Below, piece after piece: positions 23,687-37,077 of a DNA stretch of 64,000 nucleotides. Both the position numbers and the translations under genes were made by a program. Position 1 is the stretch's first letter; each line of letters starts with the position of its first letter. Source of the DNA: Leucoraja ocellata (taxonomy: Eukaryota); NCBI GenBank assembly GCA_036785375.1, contig JAWMAR010000471.1:1116001-1180000 (forward strand), in the 5' to 3' direction. The notes under the pieces were generated by a model that worked only from the letters and a program-made list of their open reading frames with translations, ran no database searches and was not told the DNA's origin.

Positions 23687-25967
23687 TTACTTTAACTTAC
23701 ACTTTAACGATTTAAATATTTTTCCAATGCAAATGATCGGATATGTTAGCACACGGAACAGCTCCTCTCTGAACTTGCTCTGGGTCACCGTGTAAATGGC
23801 CGTGTTGGTGCAGGAGCTCAGCAGCTGAAGCATATTTCCAACCTTTTCAAATTCTTCTGCGGGGTTTTTCCATGCCTTGAACACAAACAGTTTCCAACTT
23901 CGAACCGCAATAAAATGTGCGACACTTGTGGCCCAGAGCAGGATGAAGGAGCTCGAGATTGCCAGAAGTAAAACGACCGACCGTCTGCGGTTCACCATCT
24001 CCTGGTCTTTCTTTCTCTCCCCACCGCTGAGGTCCCAGAGGTTCCTGCGGACCCGGCTGGCCACGTAAATACGTCTGACGGTGAGCGCGTTAAACAACAA
24101 AATCAGGCAGAATGGAATCACCGGGGTGAACAACTGTTCGGCCCAAGAGAACACCAACCATTCGGCATGAACGTAAAAATATACGAGTTTGAGGCAGCCC
24201 AGTTCTCCACCCATTCCGAGATAAGAAGTGTATGCAAAGGGCAGGGGTAGATTTTTGAGGCAGATGACCGGGCTCACCGTCAGGATAACAATCGTCGCGG
24301 TTCTCTCGGTACAATATTTGGTTTTCATGTTCTGAGTAGAAATCGCAACAAAGCGATCAAAGGTGAAAGCGACCGTGAACCACACAGAACAATTCACCGT
24401 GACCGATGCCAGGTAGATTGTTATTTTGCACACAGGAGTGTAGGGCAAGGAGGCATGCCACCAATACATATCAGCAATCCGGTGAAATATCACCTCACTG
24501 AAAATCACAGAGAGGTCCGCCGTCGCCATGGCTACCATGTAACGAGTGATGCACTTGGAGAGGCCGCACTTGCCACGGGACAGGGTCACAATCGCCATCA
24601 GATTCACTGGGAAAGAATGAAAACAGAAACTGATTAATTGTGTGGTGGGTGGGACCAGACGCAGTCATTTAAACCTGTGTCGCCAGTGGTAGAGACTGTT
24701 TATTTAACGAATCAGTGTTTGGGTCAATCATCCGTCAATCGTTTGCCAGAAAGATGTTCATTCAGTAAATTATTAAATTTCTGATTAGCAAAATTAGTGG
24801 GATTGCCTTATGTAGAAAATAACTACATAAAGATGAAAATATTGGTACAAGAGGCAATCCGATTTTAGAAATCAGGAATTTAATCTGCAAATGGATAACA
24901 TACCGTTTACCAAGATTAGTGGGAGTGCCTTTTGTACTAATCTTCACAACATTATGCCAACCGTTTGATGTTGATGAAACATATAGAATATTTTCAAGCG
25001 GTGAGTCAGTGTCTCTAAAAAATTGAATTAACAATCCAAAGTACCGTCTATCAAATCAGAATTAAGAGGGGATCCCCCCCAATATAAAATATCTGATTTC
25101 AATTTCATAATGGGACATTCAAATGCGCAGTGTCGTTTTTATTGCTGAGAAGTGGGCAACTTTTGAGTCGGGGCATGTAGTCAATCGCGGCCTGGATTAA
25201 CGCGGTCTGTTTCCCATTGGGCCTTCGAGAATGCATCTCCCAACACGGGGCCAAGGAAAGGGATTCAGTGAAGCGCAGCAAATATAATTACAACCCCCCT
25301 TCGCAAACACGGCTAACAACATAACGGGCAGGTATTTTCTGCCGAGCAGCGGGCGGGCCTGTGTACTGCACCTGACAAGAGCCAATGGTGGTGTATCTCA
25401 GTGGCGCAAGTAATATCTCTGGAGGACATAGATAGGCGACCTAGTAAATTCAATACGGGCATTGATTTTAGTAAAAAGCCGGGAGGGCTACATTTTTGCC
25501 AGCTTCATTGAGCGGCATCCATCACATATACCAACGCGCTGCCTCGCTCCGGAGGTGGATATCGCTTACTTTATTTTAGTTTAGGAATACAGCGCGAAAA
25601 CACGACCACCGGCCCACCTAATCCGCACCGATCGCGCACACTCACAACAGCCTACACACACTAGGTACAATTTATTTTACTTTTATGGAGCGTGGGAGCA
25701 AATCGAAGATCTCGGGGAAAACCCAAAAGGATACGGGGAGAACGTACAGACTCCGTACAGAGAAGCGCTGTAAGACAGTTATTCTAGCGCTGTACCAGCG
25801 TGCCGCCCGAACCCCCGCTGGGCTACTCGCTATGTCCTCTTAACCTTTAATATGCTGCGCTCTTCAAACATGAGATGTGCCGACAATTACCTACCAGGTA
25901 TACCGATTGCTGCCAGAATCGGATAATACACAAGTCCTATTTTTACCTCGATCGGAATACCGTGCAT
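23687..25967 (-). CDS. Class A GPCR, GPR139/GPR142-like, copy 2; exon1 25967-25895, exon2 24606-23687; 330 aa
   Basis: Intact 7TM ORF; exon 1 MHGIPIEVKIGLVYYPILAAIGIP|G gtaggt; acceptor ttctttcccag; TATAAA at 26047-26052. Confidence 0.9.
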
Positions 25968-26159
25968 TTTAATGCGACGGTCCAGGCGATCAGTCCTTGT
26001 GCTGCCGCTCAGCGGTTGTCAGCGAAACAAACACATATCTGGCATATTTATAATGTGAATAAATGGAAAAACAGGCAACGAGATTACATCCCTGTGGACA
26101 TTACTTACACACTTCTGAACAAACATCTACTGTTTTCCGTGTAATACTAAAAATCACCT

Positions 26160-29100
26160 TAGTCTTAAACTGTGTCCCCTGGTTCTGCACGCCCCCAACA
26201 TCGGGAACATGGTTCGTGACTCTAGCGTGTCCAAACCCTTAATAATCGTATATGTTTAAATACGATCCCCTCTCATTCTCAGTATACAAGCTCAGTCGCT
26301 CCATTCTCTCAGCATGTAACAGCCCCACCATTCCGGGAATTAACCGAGTGAACGAACGCTGCATTCCCTCAGTAGCAAGACTGTTGGACCGGCTAGATGC
26401 AGGAAAATTGTTCCAGATATAGACAGTCCAGAAACAGATGTCCCAGTTTAAGGATAGGTGGTAGGCCATTAAGAAACATAGAAACATAAAATTCGATGCC
26501 GGAGTAGGCCATTCGGTCCTTCGAGCCAGAACCGTCATTCAATGTGATCATGGCAGATCATCAAAAATCAGTACCCCGTTCCTGTTTATTCCCCATATCC
26601 TACGATTCCTTTAGCCCCAAGAGCTAAATCTAACTCTCTCTTGAAACATCCAGTGAATTGTCCTCCACTCTATTCTGTGGCAGAAAACTCCACAGATTCA
26701 CAACTCTCTGGGTGAAATAGAATTTCCCTCATCTGAGTCCAAAATTACCTATCCTTATTCTTAAACGTTGACCCCCTGTTCTGGACACCCCCAACATCGG
26801 GAACATGTTTCCTGCATCTAGCCCATCCAACCCTTTTAGAATTGTATGTTTCTATAAAATCCCTCTCATCCTTCAAAATGCCTGTGAATACAAGCACACT
26901 CAACCCATTCTTTCATCATATGTCAGTCCCGCCATCGCGGGAACTAATCTGGAGAACCGATGCTGCACTTCCTCAATAATAATCAAGTCCTTCCACAAAT
27001 TAGGAGACCAAAATCATTCGCAAATGCGGTCTCAACAGGGCCCAAAACCACTTAGGACTGAGATAAGGAAAATCTATTTCACCCAAACAGTTGTGAATCG
27101 GTGGAATGCTCTACCACAGAAGGCAATGGAGGGCAATTCAGTGGAAGATTTCACGAGAGAGTTAGATTTAGCTCTTAGGGATAATTGAAACAAGGGATAG
27201 AAACATAGAAACATAGAAAATAGGTGCAGGAGGAGGCCATTGGGCCCTTCGAGCCTGCACCGCCATTCGATATGATCATGGCTGATCATCCAACTCAGTA
27301 TCCCATCCCAGCCTTCTCTCCATACCCCCTGATCCTTTTAGCCACAAGGGCCACATCTAACTCCCTCTTAAATATAGCCAATGAACTGGCCTCAACTACC
27401 TTCTGTGGCAAGGACTTCCACAGATTCACCACTCGCGGTGTAAAACATGATTTTCTCATCTCGGTCCTAAAAGACTTCCCTCTTATCCTTAAACTGTGAC
27501 CCCTAGTTCTGGACTTCCCCAACATCGGGAACAATCTTCCTGCATCTAGCCTGTCCAACCCCTTAAGAATGCTGTAAGTTTCTATAAGATCCCCCCTCAA
27601 TCTTTTGAATTACAGCGTGTACAAGCCGAGTCTATCCAGTCTTTTTTCATATGAAAGTCCTGCGATTCCAGGAATCAGTCTGGTGAACCTTCTCTGTACA
27701 CCCTCTATGGCAAAATTTTATTTCCTCAGATTAGGAGACCAAAACTGTACGCAATACTCCAGGTGTGGTCTCACCAAGACTCTGTATAACTGCAGTAGAC
27801 ACTCCCTACTCTTATACTCAAAACGTTATGGGGGGAGAAAGCAGGAACGGGGTACTGATTTTAAATAGAAACATCGAAACATAGAAAAATAACTGCAGGA
27901 GGAGGGTATATGGCCCTTCGAGTCAGCACCGCCATGCATATTGATCGTGGCTGCTCATCCACTATCGGTAACGCGTGCCTGCCTCCTCATGTGTCTTGAT
28001 TCTCCCAGCCCCAATAGCTCTATCTCCCTCTATTTTCATTTCATCAAGTGAATTGGCCTCCATCGCCCTTTGTGACAGAATTCCCCATATTCACAACTCT
28101 CTGGGTGAAAAGATTGTTCTCATCTCAATTTTAAATGCCCTCCCCTTTACCCTTAGACGATCGACCTTGGTTCTGGACTCCCATAGCAGTTGCAAAAAAA
28201 AATCCTGCATCTAGCGTGACCAGTCCTTTTATAATTGTTTCTGTTTCCACAAGGCGCCCTCTCATCGTTCTAAATTCCAGTGAATATATGCCCAATCTTT
28301 CTATTCTTTCCTCTTATGAGTCCCGCCATACCGTTGGTTACCCTTGTGAACCACGCTGCACTCCCTCCATAGCAAGGATTTCCTTCTCCAAATTGGGTGA
28401 CCAAAACTGCACACAATACTGCAGATGTTGTCTCACCAAGGTCCTGCACAACTGCAGAGGGACCTGTACTCCTATGCGCAAATCCTCACGTTATGAAGGC
28501 CAACATGCCATTAGCTTTCTTCACTACCTGGTGAACCTGAATGTTTGCATTAAGTGACTGGTGGACAAGGACACCCACGTCTCGTCGCACATCCCTTTTT
28601 CCCCAAATCTGACACCATTGAGATAATACTCACACACGCGTGAATGTGTGTGAATGTGCGTGAGTGTTTGGTGGTGGTCGGAGGGGCCGTAGGCGCAGAT
28701 TAGCAGCGACGCTTCCGTCAATCTGCCCCAGGGCAGCTGTGGTTACAGAAGTAGATCACCACCACCGAGTGTGACTGTGGAGTGAATGAATAATGCGATG
28801 TAAAGCGCCTTGAGTATCTAGAAAGGCGCTATATAAATTCCATCCATTATTATTATTATTAATAATCTGCTTCCATTCTCTTGCCGTCACAGTGGATAAC
28901 CTCACATTTACCTACATTATGCAGCATCTGCCATGAATCTGCCCACTCAGTCAACCTGTCCAGGCCACCTTACATCCATTTCGCATCCTCTTCGCAGTTC
29001 ACACTACATCCCGGCTTTGTGTCATCTGCAAATTTGCTCGTGTTACTTTTAAATCCATCAGATGTATCATTCATCTATATTGTCAATAGCTGCGGCCCCT

Positions 29101-30980
29101 GCATCGAGCCTTGCGGCATTCTACTCGCCACTGCCTGCCATTCTGACAGGTAAATCCTTCATCCATTTTACTTGTCACATTCTCAAAACATTCCAGAAGA
29201 TTTGTCAAGCAGCATTTCCGCTTCATAAATCCATGCTGACTTGGACCAATCTTTTAATTGTGTACAAACGCGCCGTTATTACGTCTTTGATAATTGACTC
29301 TAGCATCTTCCCCAGCTCCGATGTCAGGCCAACTGTTCTCTAATTTCCCGTTTTCGCTCTCGCTCCTTTCTTGAAAAGTGGGATAACATCAACTACTCTC
29401 CAATCCACACGAACTGATCCTGAATCTATTGAACATTGGAAATGATCACCAATACGTCCACGATTTCTAGAGCCACGACCTTGAGTCCCCTGGGATGTTG
29501 ACCGTCAGATCCTAGGGATTTATCAGCCTTCAGTCCCATCGGTTTACCCAATACTATGGCCCAATGCAAATTTCATCCAGTTTCTCCGTCTGTCTTATGG
29601 ACAATAGACAATAAACAATAGGTGCAGGAGTAGGCCATTCGGCCCTTCGAGCCAGCACCGCCATTCAATATGATCATGACTGATCATCCCCAATCAGCAC
29701 CCCGTTCCTGCCTTCTCCCCATATCCCCTGACTCCGCTATTTTAAGAGCCCTATCTAGATCACTCTTGAAAGCATCCAGAGAGCCCGCCTCCACTGCCAT
29801 CTGAAGTAGAGAATTCCATAGACTCACCACTCTCTGTGAGAAAAAGTGTTTCCTCGTCTTCGTTCTAAATGGCTTACTCCTTATTCTTAAATTGTGGCCC
29901 CTGGTTCTGGACTCCCCCAACATCGGGAACATGTTTCCTGCCTCTAGCGTGTCCAGGCCCTTAACTATCTTATATGTTTCAATGAGATACCCTCTCATCC
30001 TTCTAAACTCCAGAGGGTACAAAGCCAGCTGCTCTATTCTCTCAGCATATGAGAGTCCCGCCATCCCGGGAATTAACCTTGTAAACCTACGCTGCACTCC
30101 CTCAATAGCAAGAATGTCTTTCCTCAAATTTGGGGACCAAAACTGCACACAATACTCCCGATGTGGTCTCGCTAGGACTCTGTAATACGTCTCACTAGTC
30201 TTCTAGTACATATGGGAGATGTTTGTGTCTTAGTTAGCGAAAACGGAACTAAAGTACATGTTCAACTCTTCTGGCATTTCCTTGTTTCCCATAATAATAT
30301 CAACAGCTTCTGCTGTTAAGGGACCCACATCTGCCTTTCCTAATCTTTTTCTCTTAACATACCTAAATGTGTTTTTACAGCCCTTCTTTATATTCCTGGC
30401 GAGCTTACCTTTGTACTTCATCTTTTCACACCGTATTGCCCTTTCTGTTACTTCTGATGTTTCCCAATCATCTAGCTTCCCGCCATTCTTTGCTATTTTA
30501 TTCATCTTTTCGTTTAGTTTTATACCGTTCACAACATCCCTTGTCAGCCACGGTTGCCTCTTACTCCCCTTAGAATATTTCTTCATCTTTGGACTGAAAT
30601 GATCCTGCATCTTCTGCATAATGGACAGAAATTCCTGCTATTGCTGTTTCTTCGTCATTACTGTTTGAATCATTTTCCAGTCGACCTTGGCCAGGTCCTC
30701 TCCCATGCCGTAATTCCCCTTTGTTCAACCGCAACACTGTCTATTCGGATTTAACTTTCTCCCTCTCAAATTGCAGATTAAAACTTATCATATGATGGTC
30801 ACTACCTCCTTGCGGTTCCTTACCTAGATTCCCCTTACTAAATTTGGTGGATTAGACAACACTAAATCCAGAATTGCCTTCTCTTGTATGCTCCAATGCA
30901 AGTTGCTTTAAGAATCCATCTCAGAAGCACTCTACAAACTCCCTTTCTTGTGTTCCAGAACCAACCTGATTTCAGTCAGT
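26160..30980. mobile_element. Nested CR1 fragments (mostly minus strand) with an L2-tailed SINE at ~28630-28862
   Basis: CR1 motifs throughout; SINE ends gtaaagcgccttgagtatctagaaaggcgctatataa..(TTA)n. Confidence 0.8.
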
Positions 30981-31355
30981 CCCTCTGTCAACCCTCGCAA
31001 GGGCGTCCATTTCACCCCTCACCAACAGAGCTACCCCACCTGCAGTGCCCAAATGCCTGGATCATATTGAATGTCAGTTCTGTCTCGAAAGGAGAATGAC
31101 CTACGCCTACAATTATTTTCTGTGTTTCTGTGTTTCTCCATCCCTGCTGGTGACTGCATTCATTGCAATCTGTATGTTACCTTTCACTGGATCATTGACA
31201 GTCGGAATAATACCGGTACCCAGCCCGACTGGGGCCTCGCGTTGATCTCTCGTCGATGTTATAAGCCGCGGTGCAGCAATTCCCACCACCTTTGGCCGTC
31301 CAGCCTCTCATCAAACAAACAAACAAACAGGCCTTGCACTGGCCTTCCTGCATTA

Positions 31356-31461
31356 TTAACGCTATCTGTAGTACTGCCGGGCGACGAAGCTTTGTATTAC
31401 TGTGGGATGAGTCCGCGCATCGCATAGTGGCACAGCGCAGAGAGACAGCTGTACCAAAACT
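31356..31461 (+). pseudogene. 3' fragment (FR3-CDR3) of a supporting V with a dead RSS (CATAGTG-23-ACCAAAACT)
   Basis: LTLSVVLPGDEALYYCGMSPRI matches the 3' end of 13793-14098; heptamer 31423-31429 has CAT instead of CAC. Confidence 0.85.
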
Positions 31462-31529
31462 TCAGCGTGGCGGAATACAGGCACACAGCATTTACTTAAA
31501 GCTCGTGCGGCCTCGGCAGGGCTCGTAGC

Positions 31530-32299
31530 ATAATCAAGGGGGTAGATCTAAGGGGGTAGAGGAACTGAAAGACATTTCCATTAGGCGAGAAATAGTATTG
31601 GGTAGGCTAATGGGACTGAAGGATGATAAATCCCCAGGACCCGATGGTCTGCATCCCAGGGTGCTCAGGGAGGTGGCCCCAGAAATAGTGCTCGCATTGG
31701 TGATCATTTTCCAATGTTCAATAGATTCAGGATCCGTTCCTGTGGATTGGAGGATAGCTAATGTTATCCCAGGAAAGGGGCGAGAGAGAAAACGGGGAAT
31801 TACAGACCAGCTAGCCTGACTTCGGCGGTGGGAAATATGCTGGAGTTAATTATTAAATAGGTAATAACGGGGCATTTGGATAGCAGTAAAAGGATTAGTC
31901 CAAGTCAACATGGATCTATGAAAGGGAAATCATGCTTGACTAATCTTCTGGAGTTTTTTGAGGATGTGACAAGTAAAATGGAAGAAGGGGTGCAAGTGGA
32001 TGTAGTGTATCTACACTTTCAGAAAGCATTTGATAAGGTCCCGCACGGGAGACTGGTGACTAAAATTGGAGCACATGGTATTGGGGGTAGGGTGTTGACA
32101 TGGATAGAAAATTGGTTGTCAGACCGGAAGCAAAGAGTAGGAGTGAACGGTACCTTTTCAGAATGGCAGGCAGTGGCGAGTGGAGTGCCGCAAAGCTCCG
32201 TGTTGGGGCCGCAAATGTTTACCATATATATTAATGATTCGGAAGAGGGAATTAGGAACAACACTAACAAGTTTGCGGATGACACAACGCTGGGTGGCA
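31530..32299 (+). mobile_element. CR1 LINE ORF2 fragment, ending at N-gap 32300-32499
   Basis: KSPGPDGLHPRVLRE, KSCLTNLLEFFE, FQKAFDKVPH, FADDT motifs. Confidence 0.9.
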
Positions 32300-32786
32300 N
32301 NNNNNNNNNNNNNNNNNNNNNNNNNNNNNNNNNNNNNNNNNNNNNNNNNNNNNNNNNNNNNNNNNNNNNNNNNNNNNNNNNNNNNNNNNNNNNNNNNNNN
32401 NNNNNNNNNNNNNNNNNNNNNNNNNNNNNNNNNNNNNNNNNNNNNNNNNNNNNNNNNNNNNNNNNNNNNNNNNNNNNNNNNNNNNNNNNNNNNNNNNNNG
32501 CCGAATGGCCTAATTACACGTTGAATCTTGACTATATCCAGGAAGGGATACACTTCAGTCAAGCTGTGGGGAGAATGACTAGTTCTATTGTTTTAACGCC
32601 AAGAACCAATTACAAAATGCTAGAGAACCGAGTAAGATAATTTGTCTCAATCACCGGATCCCGACTCACTGAATCAGCTCCACTATTATTCCGTGCTCGC
32701 TTTGACTGTTCCCACAGCTAGAATATTTCCAATTTCACTTTCATAATCAGAGTTTGGCCTCGCGGATATTCGTCAGTGATTTTCTC

Positions 32787-33165
32787 CACGGTGGCGCAAC
32801 GGTAACTGTAGAGGTGCTGCCTAACAGCGCATTTAGCACCAGAGACCCGAGTTCGATCCCGACTCCGGGTGTTGTTGGTAGGAGTTTGTATGTTCTCCAC
32901 ATAATCTGTGTGGGTTTTCTCCGAGATCTGGGGTTTCTTCCACACTCCAAATTCGGACAGTTTTGAAGGGTTATTGGCGCTCTATAAATGTAAATATTCC
33001 ATCGTGTGTGTAGGATAGTGTTAATGTGCGGGGATTGCAGGGAGGCGCGGACTTGGTGGGCCGAAGGGCCCGTTTCCGCGCTGTGTCCTAAACTAAACTA
33101 AACTGAACTAAACTGAACTAATGTAAACTAAACCAAACTATACTAAAGTAAACTAACCTAAACGA
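32787..33165 (+). mobile_element. V-SINE-like element (paralog of 13243-13620)
   Basis: Near-identical to the SINE upstream of V copy 2. Confidence 0.75.
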
Positions 33166-33334
33166 AATTAAATCTCCACTCGTCGAGGGAACAATTAAAG
33201 GATCCATAAATAACGTGTCCATACATTTAGCAAACATGTGATGAACTACCGGAGACGGTAACTAGTTTCTGTGTGTGTCACAGTCTCCAACAGTCAATGT
33301 TAAAACAATAACTATTCCCCTGTTATTTTCGCAG

Positions 33335-33629
33335 ATTCCATTTCCCAGAGTCCGCCTCAACATCCTCTCTTTCTGGTGACACTGCCACCCTTAACTGCGT
33401 ATATTCCGGAATCTGCTCGTACACAGTACACTGGTACCGACAGTTCCCAGGGCAGGCTCTGGAATTCCTGCTCCAAAGACACACTTCAGGAAGCAAGATG
33501 AGGAAGAGGCTGCCGAAGGTCGTATTTCTGGTTCTCTCGATCCTGCACAGAAAATCAGTCAGTTAACGCTCTCTGAAGTTCTGCCGAGCGACGGGGCTGT
33601 GTATTACTGTGGGATGAGTCCGCGCATCG
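33335..33629 (+). pseudogene. Supporting TCR-delta-like V segment, copy 3 (9-nt in-frame deletion plus two 1-nt deletions)
   Basis: Acceptor ttttcgcag at 33334. Relative to copy 2 it lacks ttcgcgggt and has caacatcc (vs caacaatcc) and caggaagc (vs caggaaagc). Confidence 0.85.
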
Positions 33630-33668
33630 CACAGTGGCACAGCGCAGTGAGATAGCTGTACCAAAACC
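33630..33668 (+). promoter_or_regulatory. 23-RSS (CACAGTG-23-ACCAAAACC)
   Basis: Heptamer 33630-33636, nonamer 33660-33668. Confidence 0.92.
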
Positions 33669-33746
33669 TCAGCGTTGCGGGATACAGGCACAGCACTGCA
33701 GAACATCTGGGGCGCTAACCGAGAACCTCAGTGTAGTATGGATTGT

Positions 33747-33899
33747 NNNNNNNNNNNNNNNNNNNNNNNNNNNNNNNNNNNNNNNNNNNNNNNNNNNNNN
33801 NNNNNNNNNNNNNNNNNNNNNNNNNNNNNNNNNNNNNNNNNNNNNNNNNNNNNNNNNNNNNNNNNNNNNNNNNNNNNNNNNNNNNNNNNNNNNNNNNNN
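33747..33899. other. Assembly gap (N run)
   Basis: Run of N. Confidence 1.
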
Positions 33900-35045
33900 C
33901 CGACGCTGAGAAGTTTCGAAACGACCTTTCAAAAGTTTTGGCGGAGGGAAGAGGGACAGAGGCAGCGAGAGTTCCAAGTCTGACGTAACGTCGGACTGCG
34001 GAAACTTTCAATTTTAAAGGATATCTCCATTCAGTGCGGGAATTCCAGCGCTTTTATGGAGGGACGCGAGAGCAGGTGGATTGCCACTCGTACCTGGTGA
34101 CCGGGAATCGGAAAGTGTCGGTGTTTATATAGTTTCTAGCACATAACCCTGCTCCCATACCGATGTGCCCAGAGCAGGTCGCCTGGGCTTAAACGAGGAG
34201 ACGGTACTTATCGAATCCGGCAGATACCGGAGGCTCGGAAGGCCTAAGATGCCTCCCAAGAGATGCTCTCGGCAGAGAAGATGGACGTGGGTGTATTTAC
34301 TTGCTCGGCTGGAGAGAAAAGCATCTGCTTGGAGTGACTTACAGATCGCTCTTGAGCTGATACTGCTGTTATCTGCGGTGCTGGTTTGTAGCCCTGTCTG
34401 GATAGCGGCGGAACGGTCTCGGGCTCGGAGCCACGAAGTTGCGTTTAGGCTGCGTCTCCGGGGTCATTCGAGATGGAGCTTCATGTTGACTTGGGGGGGG
34501 GGGGGGGGGGGGGGGGGGATCCAATACGTGATCACGGTCCAAGCCGGGTGGATAGAAACACGATAGAAATGGGTCTGCATGACCTTTTCCTGAAGGATTG
34601 GTTCAATCACCGGATCCCGACTCTCTGAATCAGCTCCACTATTGCTCCACAGTTGTAGGAGGCGGTGGGAGAGTACAGGACCCTGGCCATTCACTGTCCA
34701 GCTCATCGCTGTCAGAGATATCGGGATCCTCCCTCGACACTGATCCCGGGGGTGGGATCATGCTGGAGGTGAGGAAGCCCGATGTATCCAGCTTACTCAG
34801 TGGAGCGAGCGAGCTAGCAGCCAGCTGCAGCCCTCCGTACTCAGAGCTTGAGCGTAGTGAGGGGGAGATGATGCTTCACGTATCAGTGGGTTGGCAGAAT
34901 GCCTGAATTCCAGTGCTGTGTCTTTTGGGGCCGTTATCTGGACATGCGGGAATTTCTGAAAGCAAACAAGTTCAGCAGGAGCACACGTCCAGACAGCTGG
35001 CAAACAGTGACCGGACCTGACGAAACCTAACCGGGCACTTGATGC

Positions 35046-35484
35046 CGTATACCTACTTGAACCCCTCCAATCTGGCTTTCGCCCCCTCCATAGCACAGAA
35101 ACTGCTCTCCTCAAATTCCGCAACGACCTCCTCACCTCTGCTGACACTGATTCCCTCAACATCCTCATCTCCTCGACCTGAGCGCAGCCTTCGATATAGT
35201 GAACCATAACATCCTGCTCACCAGACTCAAAGACCTCGGCATTGAAGGCTCTGCACTCAACTTGCTCCGTTCCTACCTTTCCAACAGATCCCACTTCATC
35301 TCTCTCCACAACCACACCTCTGCTACAGCCACAGTCACTCAAGGCTTTCCCCAAGCTCCGTACTCGGTCCCCTCCTCTTCATCATCTACATCCTCCCCCT
35401 TGGTCAGATACTCCGCCACTTCAGCCTGGACTTCCACTGTTACGCTGATGACACCCAGATCTACCTTGGCACCAAATCCTCCCA

Positions 35485-35515
<31 letters not shown>

Positions 35516-36517
35516 ACCCCCTCCCATATCAACTCCTGTTGTCAGCTATAAAAACCTGGATGCAACATAATTTCCTCAAACTCAACAGCGATAAAACAGA
35601 ATTCCTCCTCATAGGCTCCAAAGCCACACTCAGCAAAATCAATAACCCCACTCTCACCATCGACGGCACCACTGTCTCCCCATCTCCCCAGGCCCGAACC
35701 TTGCTGTGATCTTTGATTCCACCATCTCCCTTGAGCCTCACATCCGCCATGTCGTTAAAACCTCCTTCTTTCATCTCCGCAACATCGCCAAACTCAGACC
35801 CTCTCTCACACCTCCCGCTGCTGAAAGACTCATCCATGCCTTCATCTCCTCCAGATTGGACTATTGCAACTCACTTCTCCTTGGCATCAGCTCCACCTAC
35901 ATCAACCGACTCCAACTGGTCCCGAATGCAGCCGCCCGATTCATCACCCACACCAAATCCTGGCATCACATCACCCCAGTCCTCAAACAACTTCACTGGC
36001 TTCCCATCTCCCACCGGATCACTTACAAAATCCTGATCCTCACCTACAAAGCCCTCCACCATCTGGCCCCCCCATATCTCACTGACCTCCTCTCCCCCTA
36101 CCAACCCTCACGGTCCCTCAGATCCACATCTGCCTGTCTCCTCTCCATCCACAAGTCCAACCACCGCAGTTTATGGTACAGAGCTTCTCCAGGGCCGCTC
36201 CCAGGCTCTGGAACTCCCTCCCCAACTGATCCGCAATTCCGTGTCTCTCACCATCTTCCAGTCCCGCCTCAAGACCCATCTCTTCACCACTGGCCTATCC
36301 TTAGCCCCACGTCCCCCTCCCTTTTCATCTGTGCATTAATTGCCTTATTATTGTGTTTTGTATTGAATTCTGTCTTTACTTTGTGTACTAGTCATGTCTC
36401 TACTATTTATTTCATCCCCCTTACATGTTTTTCCTCTACCTGGTACATGTGTGTAAGGTGTCCTTGAAACTCTTGAAAGGCGCCCATAAATAAAATGTAT
36501 TATTATTATTATTATTA
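35046..36517 (+). mobile_element. L2 LINE, 5'-truncated, inserted into a Tx1-like element
   Basis: QSGFRPLHSTETALL, YADDTQ, SRLDYCNSLL.G, HITPVLKQLHWLPI motifs; (TAT)n tail at 36498-36517; empty site gcacttgatgctatccttcgcag at ~58455-58475. Confidence 0.9.
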
Positions 36518-37077
36518 TCCTTCGCAGTAAAGTTATTGGCCTTCCCCAGTCTAAGACGCGTCAGTTTGGGGACCTTGCGAAACTCCTATGAGTGAGGAGC
36601 CCCACTCCTACGAGAGTGTGAGGGAAAAACCTTAGTATGACTTCAACATGAAGATCGCAGTTGATAGCCTAACGATTAATGGCGGAAGGCGGGACCTTCG
36701 CAGATGTCATCATCTATCAGTCGTCAAAGAGGGGATATATCGGCCCGTTTTCTGCAAGAGGCGCATGCTGTTGTCAGCGATGAAACCTCCTGTCTCATGG
36801 AATGGGAAGAGCCACCACAGCACAAATTCGAGTGGGATGGCCTTCCTGTTGCCACTGACTTCCCAGCCAGTGATCCTGAAGGTGCAGGAAATTGTGCCAG
36901 GCCGTTCGCTCTATCTGGCCGTGAGCGTGGCTGACATGCCGTTTCATTTCATTAACGTGTCCGCCATACGCGTGCAGGCGTACCTACTTCAGGAGGTGAC
37001 AGCTCCGCTGAACATTTTATAATGCAGATGTTCTACCATTCTTCTACAATTCATGAACGAGGAACACGCATCAGTTT

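Larger units (their letters stand above)
17122..32299 (+). repeat. Left arm of large inverted segmental duplication (partner ~42830-59910)
   Basis: Mirror ORF pairs: 30230-30619(-)/44508-44897(+) identical, 31876(+)/43251(-), 23687-24607/50406-51326, 18807-19391/57639-58229, 17278-17529/59503-59754. Confidence 0.92.
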
